Of a DNA stretch of 64,000 nt, positions 61,512 through 64,000 are shown piece after piece. Source of the stretch: a virus. The position numbers were made by a program, and so were the translations under genes. Location of the stretch: the IMG/VR virus record IMGVR_UViG_2799112719_000001, one strand, 5' to 3'. The stretch's first letter is position 1; every line of letters begins with the position of its first letter. The notes beneath the pieces are model-generated. The model was not told where the DNA came from. It did not search any database and saw nothing but the letters and a program-made list of their open reading frames with translations.

Positions 61512-62696
61512 ATGAAAAGACTGAATAACTCTCAACCGCTGGCAGTCACTACGACCTACAGACCGCTCAACACCGCAATGCACATTGAGGTGCTGGGTGG
61601 CCTGTCAACTGTGCAGTTCTATCGTCAGACGGTGCAGCAGTGGATTCCTGACCATTCTGTTGTGCCTGTTATCGACCAGCACGGCACACAGACAGATGGC
61701 GCATTGCGACTGAAAGCGGTTTATAGTATCATCGACCCCGACAACAACCTGAATACTGATACTCTCGTGCCTCAGATATTCTGGTATGTCAATGGGGTGC
61801 AGGTGACTTCCACCGATTCAACTCAGGACTATTACATTGCCGGTAATATCCTGTATGTCCGAAAGAACTTCACACACCAGCTGGGAGCGAACATCTATTG
61901 TGAGTGCCGCTTTACTGACACCCGCACATCGTCGCCCTTCGTGCTGTCTGATACGCTGCCGCTGTCGGCCATCCTACAGGCTGATGAGCAGTGGAGCATC
62001 AATATCCTGTGTGATCGTACCCGTAAGCACTTCCCGCTTCATGCCGCTACGACTATCTACACATTCGAGGCAGAAGCACGTCAGGGTAGTGCTGACAAAA
62101 CGGATGCGGTAGCATGGTTCTGGGACTATTCTGTTGATAATGGTGTGCATTGGCTGACCATCAATAATGATTGCCTCTGGTATGTCAGCGGAAAGAACAC
62201 GGCTACGCTGTCTATCGACGCAGACTTCATAGACAATCTGATGGTGCGCTGTCGTATCGGTATTGCCGATGGTACGTCAACAGCGGCTCCAGACCTGCCT
62301 AATGAGGCAACGGCCTGCATCGCGTGGCGTTATCCGAAGGTAATACCTACGGTATTCTCTTATGGAGGCGACCGAGTGTTTGCTGAGAACTCCTTTATGA
62401 CCTTTGGCCTGATAGTGCATGTGGCCAAGCATGATGACATGACGCTCGAACAGAAACGTCATTGGCTGATGTGCGATTGGGCGGTACGTCGCCAGGGTAG
62501 TAATGATGATCCTGTGCCGCTGGGTGCCTATGGCCTGGAGGTCGTGGTACCAAGACAGTACATCTACGACAATGCCGGCACTAAGTTCATTGTGGATCCT
62601 CGTTGCTCCATTCGTGGACCCTACGACATCCTGGCTGACCCGTCAGGCGAGGTGTTCCAGTCTGCATCTGGCCATGAACTCGCTGTAAGAACATAG
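61512..62696 (+). CDS. hypothetical structural protein
   Basis: 394-aa ORF between two fibre-like genes. Confidence 0.55.
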   Translation: MKRLNNSQPLAVTTTYRPLNTAMHIEVLGGLSTVQFYRQTVQQWIPDHSVVPVIDQHGTQTDGALRLKAVYSIIDPDNNLNTDTLVPQIFWYVNGVQVTSTDSTQDYYIAGNILYVRKNFTHQLGANIYCECRFTDTRTSSPFVLSDTLPLSAILQADEQWSINILCDRTRKHFPLHAATTIYTFEAEARQGSADKTDAVAWFWDYSVDNGVHWLTINNDCLWYVSGKNTATLSIDADFIDNLMVRCRIGIADGTSTAAPDLPNEATACIAWRYPKVIPTVFSYGGDRVFAENSFMTFGLIVHVAKHDDMTLEQKRHWLMCDWAVRRQGSNDDPVPLGAYGLEVVVPRQYIYDNAGTKFIVDPRCSIRGPYDILADPSGEVFQSASGHELAVRT

Positions 62697-62722
62697 TAAT
62701 AACCCTTTAATATTCACGAAAG

Positions 62723-63970
62723 ATGAAAAAAGCAAAAACTTCTCTTGCGTCTGGTGAAAACATAGCCAAGGTGTTGTGTATGACCAGTCAGGACAATCTC
62801 TACGAGGCTACGCCCGAAGAGGTGAACAACAGTGCCATTCCATCTACTGTTGTTGGTGCGCTTGCTTCCAGCTTCACACTGGAGCAAAACTCTAATCCGG
62901 CCTTTGTGGTCAATAATCGTGGTGCTGCTGAACTCTATCAGTCTCAGATGGGTGGCTATGCCTTCTTTATCAAAGATGGTAAGGTGTATGCTGCAAAGCT
63001 GAATGGTGCTGATTGGACGAAGTTTGCCGATGGCACGGCGTTTACTACTGCACTTGAACAGGTGTGCGAGACGATGGTACATGTACCTGATTGCCACTTC
63101 AAGGGTGAGGGTAAGACGCTGCATTTCGGTGGTACTGTGCCTATCGACGGTGGCAAGGTCTTCGATTCACCTCATTGGGTAGGTGCCTACAAGATCAGCT
63201 ACGATGCCAACAACAAGGCACACAGCCGTCCTGACAAGGCTCCGAAGCACTCACAGACAATGAGCCAGTTCTGGGCTGCCGCTCAGTTGCTCGGTTCTGA
63301 GTGGGGATTGGCTAACTACGGCTTCCATTGCCTGATTAACGCGCTGTTCCAGGCCCGCTATGGCAACCTAAACTCACAGAGCGTCATCGGTGCCGGCTTC
63401 CAGACATCTTCATGGGAGGCTGCGCGTGACGTACCTATGGGCTTGCTGAAGCATTTGGGCGACGGTAGCGGTAATGTGTACTACACTGATACCACTATTG
63501 GCGACCAGTACCCCGTGAAGCTCTTTGGCTTCGAGGATCTTTGGGGAAAGCTCTGGGAGTTCCGTCCTGGCATCCGCTTCTACATGGATGATGATGTCCG
63601 TAAGGCTGTGGTCTATTCTGGCAACCAGGTGAGCAATACGGCTACTGGCCGTGAGTTCGTTTGTTCCGTACAGTCTGCATCAGGTGCTTATGTCAAGAGC
63701 ATGGAGTGCGGAGAGTTCTGGGATATGATTGCTCAGAATGTCACGGGTGGCGGTAGCACTACATACTATTGTGATGGGTACTATGCCGCTACGACTGGTC
63801 AGCTGCTGGTCGTCGGGGGTGGCGCGAATAGCGGTGCGCTATGCGGTCTCGTTTATGCGCGCTCGAATTACGCTTTCTCGAGCTCGATCACGAGCATCGG
63901 CGCTCGCCTGGCCTTCTACGGGGAGCCGGAAATCGTGAGCGGAGCACAGTTGGTGGCCCTGACCGCGTAA
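62723..63970 (+). CDS. Receptor-binding/fibre-like protein with C-terminal DGR-type variable cassette
   Basis: The C-terminus QLLVVGGGANSGALCGLVYARSNYAFSSSITSIGARLAF fits the lectin-fold variable-region pattern and lies 18 codons before the stop. Confidence 0.6.
   Translation: MKKAKTSLASGENIAKVLCMTSQDNLYEATPEEVNNSAIPSTVVGALASSFTLEQNSNPAFVVNNRGAAELYQSQMGGYAFFIKDGKVYAAKLNGADWTKFADGTAFTTALEQVCETMVHVPDCHFKGEGKTLHFGGTVPIDGGKVFDSPHWVGAYKISYDANNKAHSRPDKAPKHSQTMSQFWAAAQLLGSEWGLANYGFHCLINALFQARYGNLNSQSVIGAGFQTSSWEAARDVPMGLLKHLGDGSGNVYYTDTTIGDQYPVKLFGFEDLWGKLWEFRPGIRFYMDDDVRKAVVYSGNQVSNTATGREFVCSVQSASGAYVKSMECGEFWDMIAQNVTGGGSTTYYCDGYYAATTGQLLVVGGGANSGALCGLVYARSNYAFSSSITSIGARLAFYGEPEIVSGAQLVALTA
63801..63916 (+). 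repeat. 116-nt variable-region-like cassette, copy 2
   Basis: 100/116 identical to 49484-49599. Confidence 0.8.
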
Positions 63971-63978
63971 GCGGGTCA

Positions 63979-64000
63979 TGGCCAGCCAGCTTGTGCAGCC
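63979..64000 (+). CDS. start of an ORF cut by the window edge
   Basis: ATG GCC AGC CAG CTT GTG CAG, 8 nt after the upstream stop. Function unknown. Confidence 0.3.

Noticed and set aside
1-64000. DGR template repeat or reverse transcriptase inside the window
   Set aside because: I scanned by eye for a third copy of the 116-nt cassette and for YxDD-type reverse transcriptase motifs and found none. A computational search on both strands is still needed.
1-64000. Integrase, attachment site, tRNA or rRNA genes
   Set aside because: No tyrosine or serine recombinase motifs were recognised in any ORF. No tRNA-like cloverleaf sequences were seen, though tRNAscan-SE was not run.

Overview
The window looks like part of a tailed dsDNA phage. 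The host is probably Bacteroidota: there are many TAnnTTTG -7 promoter boxes and no Shine-Dalgarno sequences. All calls come from reading motifs by eye; no searches were run.

Gene layout:
- **1-6.2 kb:** a LigA-like ligase, then a plasmid-type maintenance module (ParA, an RHH partner, a Rep_3-like initiator flanked by iteron arrays).
- **6.2-20.2 kb, minus strand:** a long operon of small early genes, including a radical SAM protein, an N6/N4 methyltransferase, YopX, GNAT and a HicA-like fusion.
- **20.4-30.8 kb:** an XRE repressor switch and a replication block (DEDD exonuclease, primase-helicase, SSB-like protein, DnaN, HNH endonuclease, dUTPase).
- **30.8-33.9 kb:** a circularly permuted C5 cytosine methyltransferase core surrounded by nine small ORFs resembling the C-terminal half of a C5-MTase target-recognition domain (TRD).
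- **34-39.6 kb:** tape measure protein, followed by about 1 kb of structured non-coding DNA.
- **40.7-48.8 kb:** a second primase, a ThyX-like protein, a radical SAM protein and a Dam-like methyltransferase.
- **48.8-64 kb:** head protease/scaffold, capsid, terminase and fibre genes.

Main leads:
1. The TRD mini-ORF array. Most of these ORFs carry G homopolymers that are in frame only at length 8.
2. Two 116-nt C-terminal cassettes whose differences fit the variable regions of a diversity-generating retroelement (DGR). One sits in a fibre-like protein and one in a protein with a Tad2/DUF2829-like N-terminus.
3. The phage-plasmid architecture.

The homopolymer frameshifts could be sequencing artefacts, and raw reads are needed to decide.
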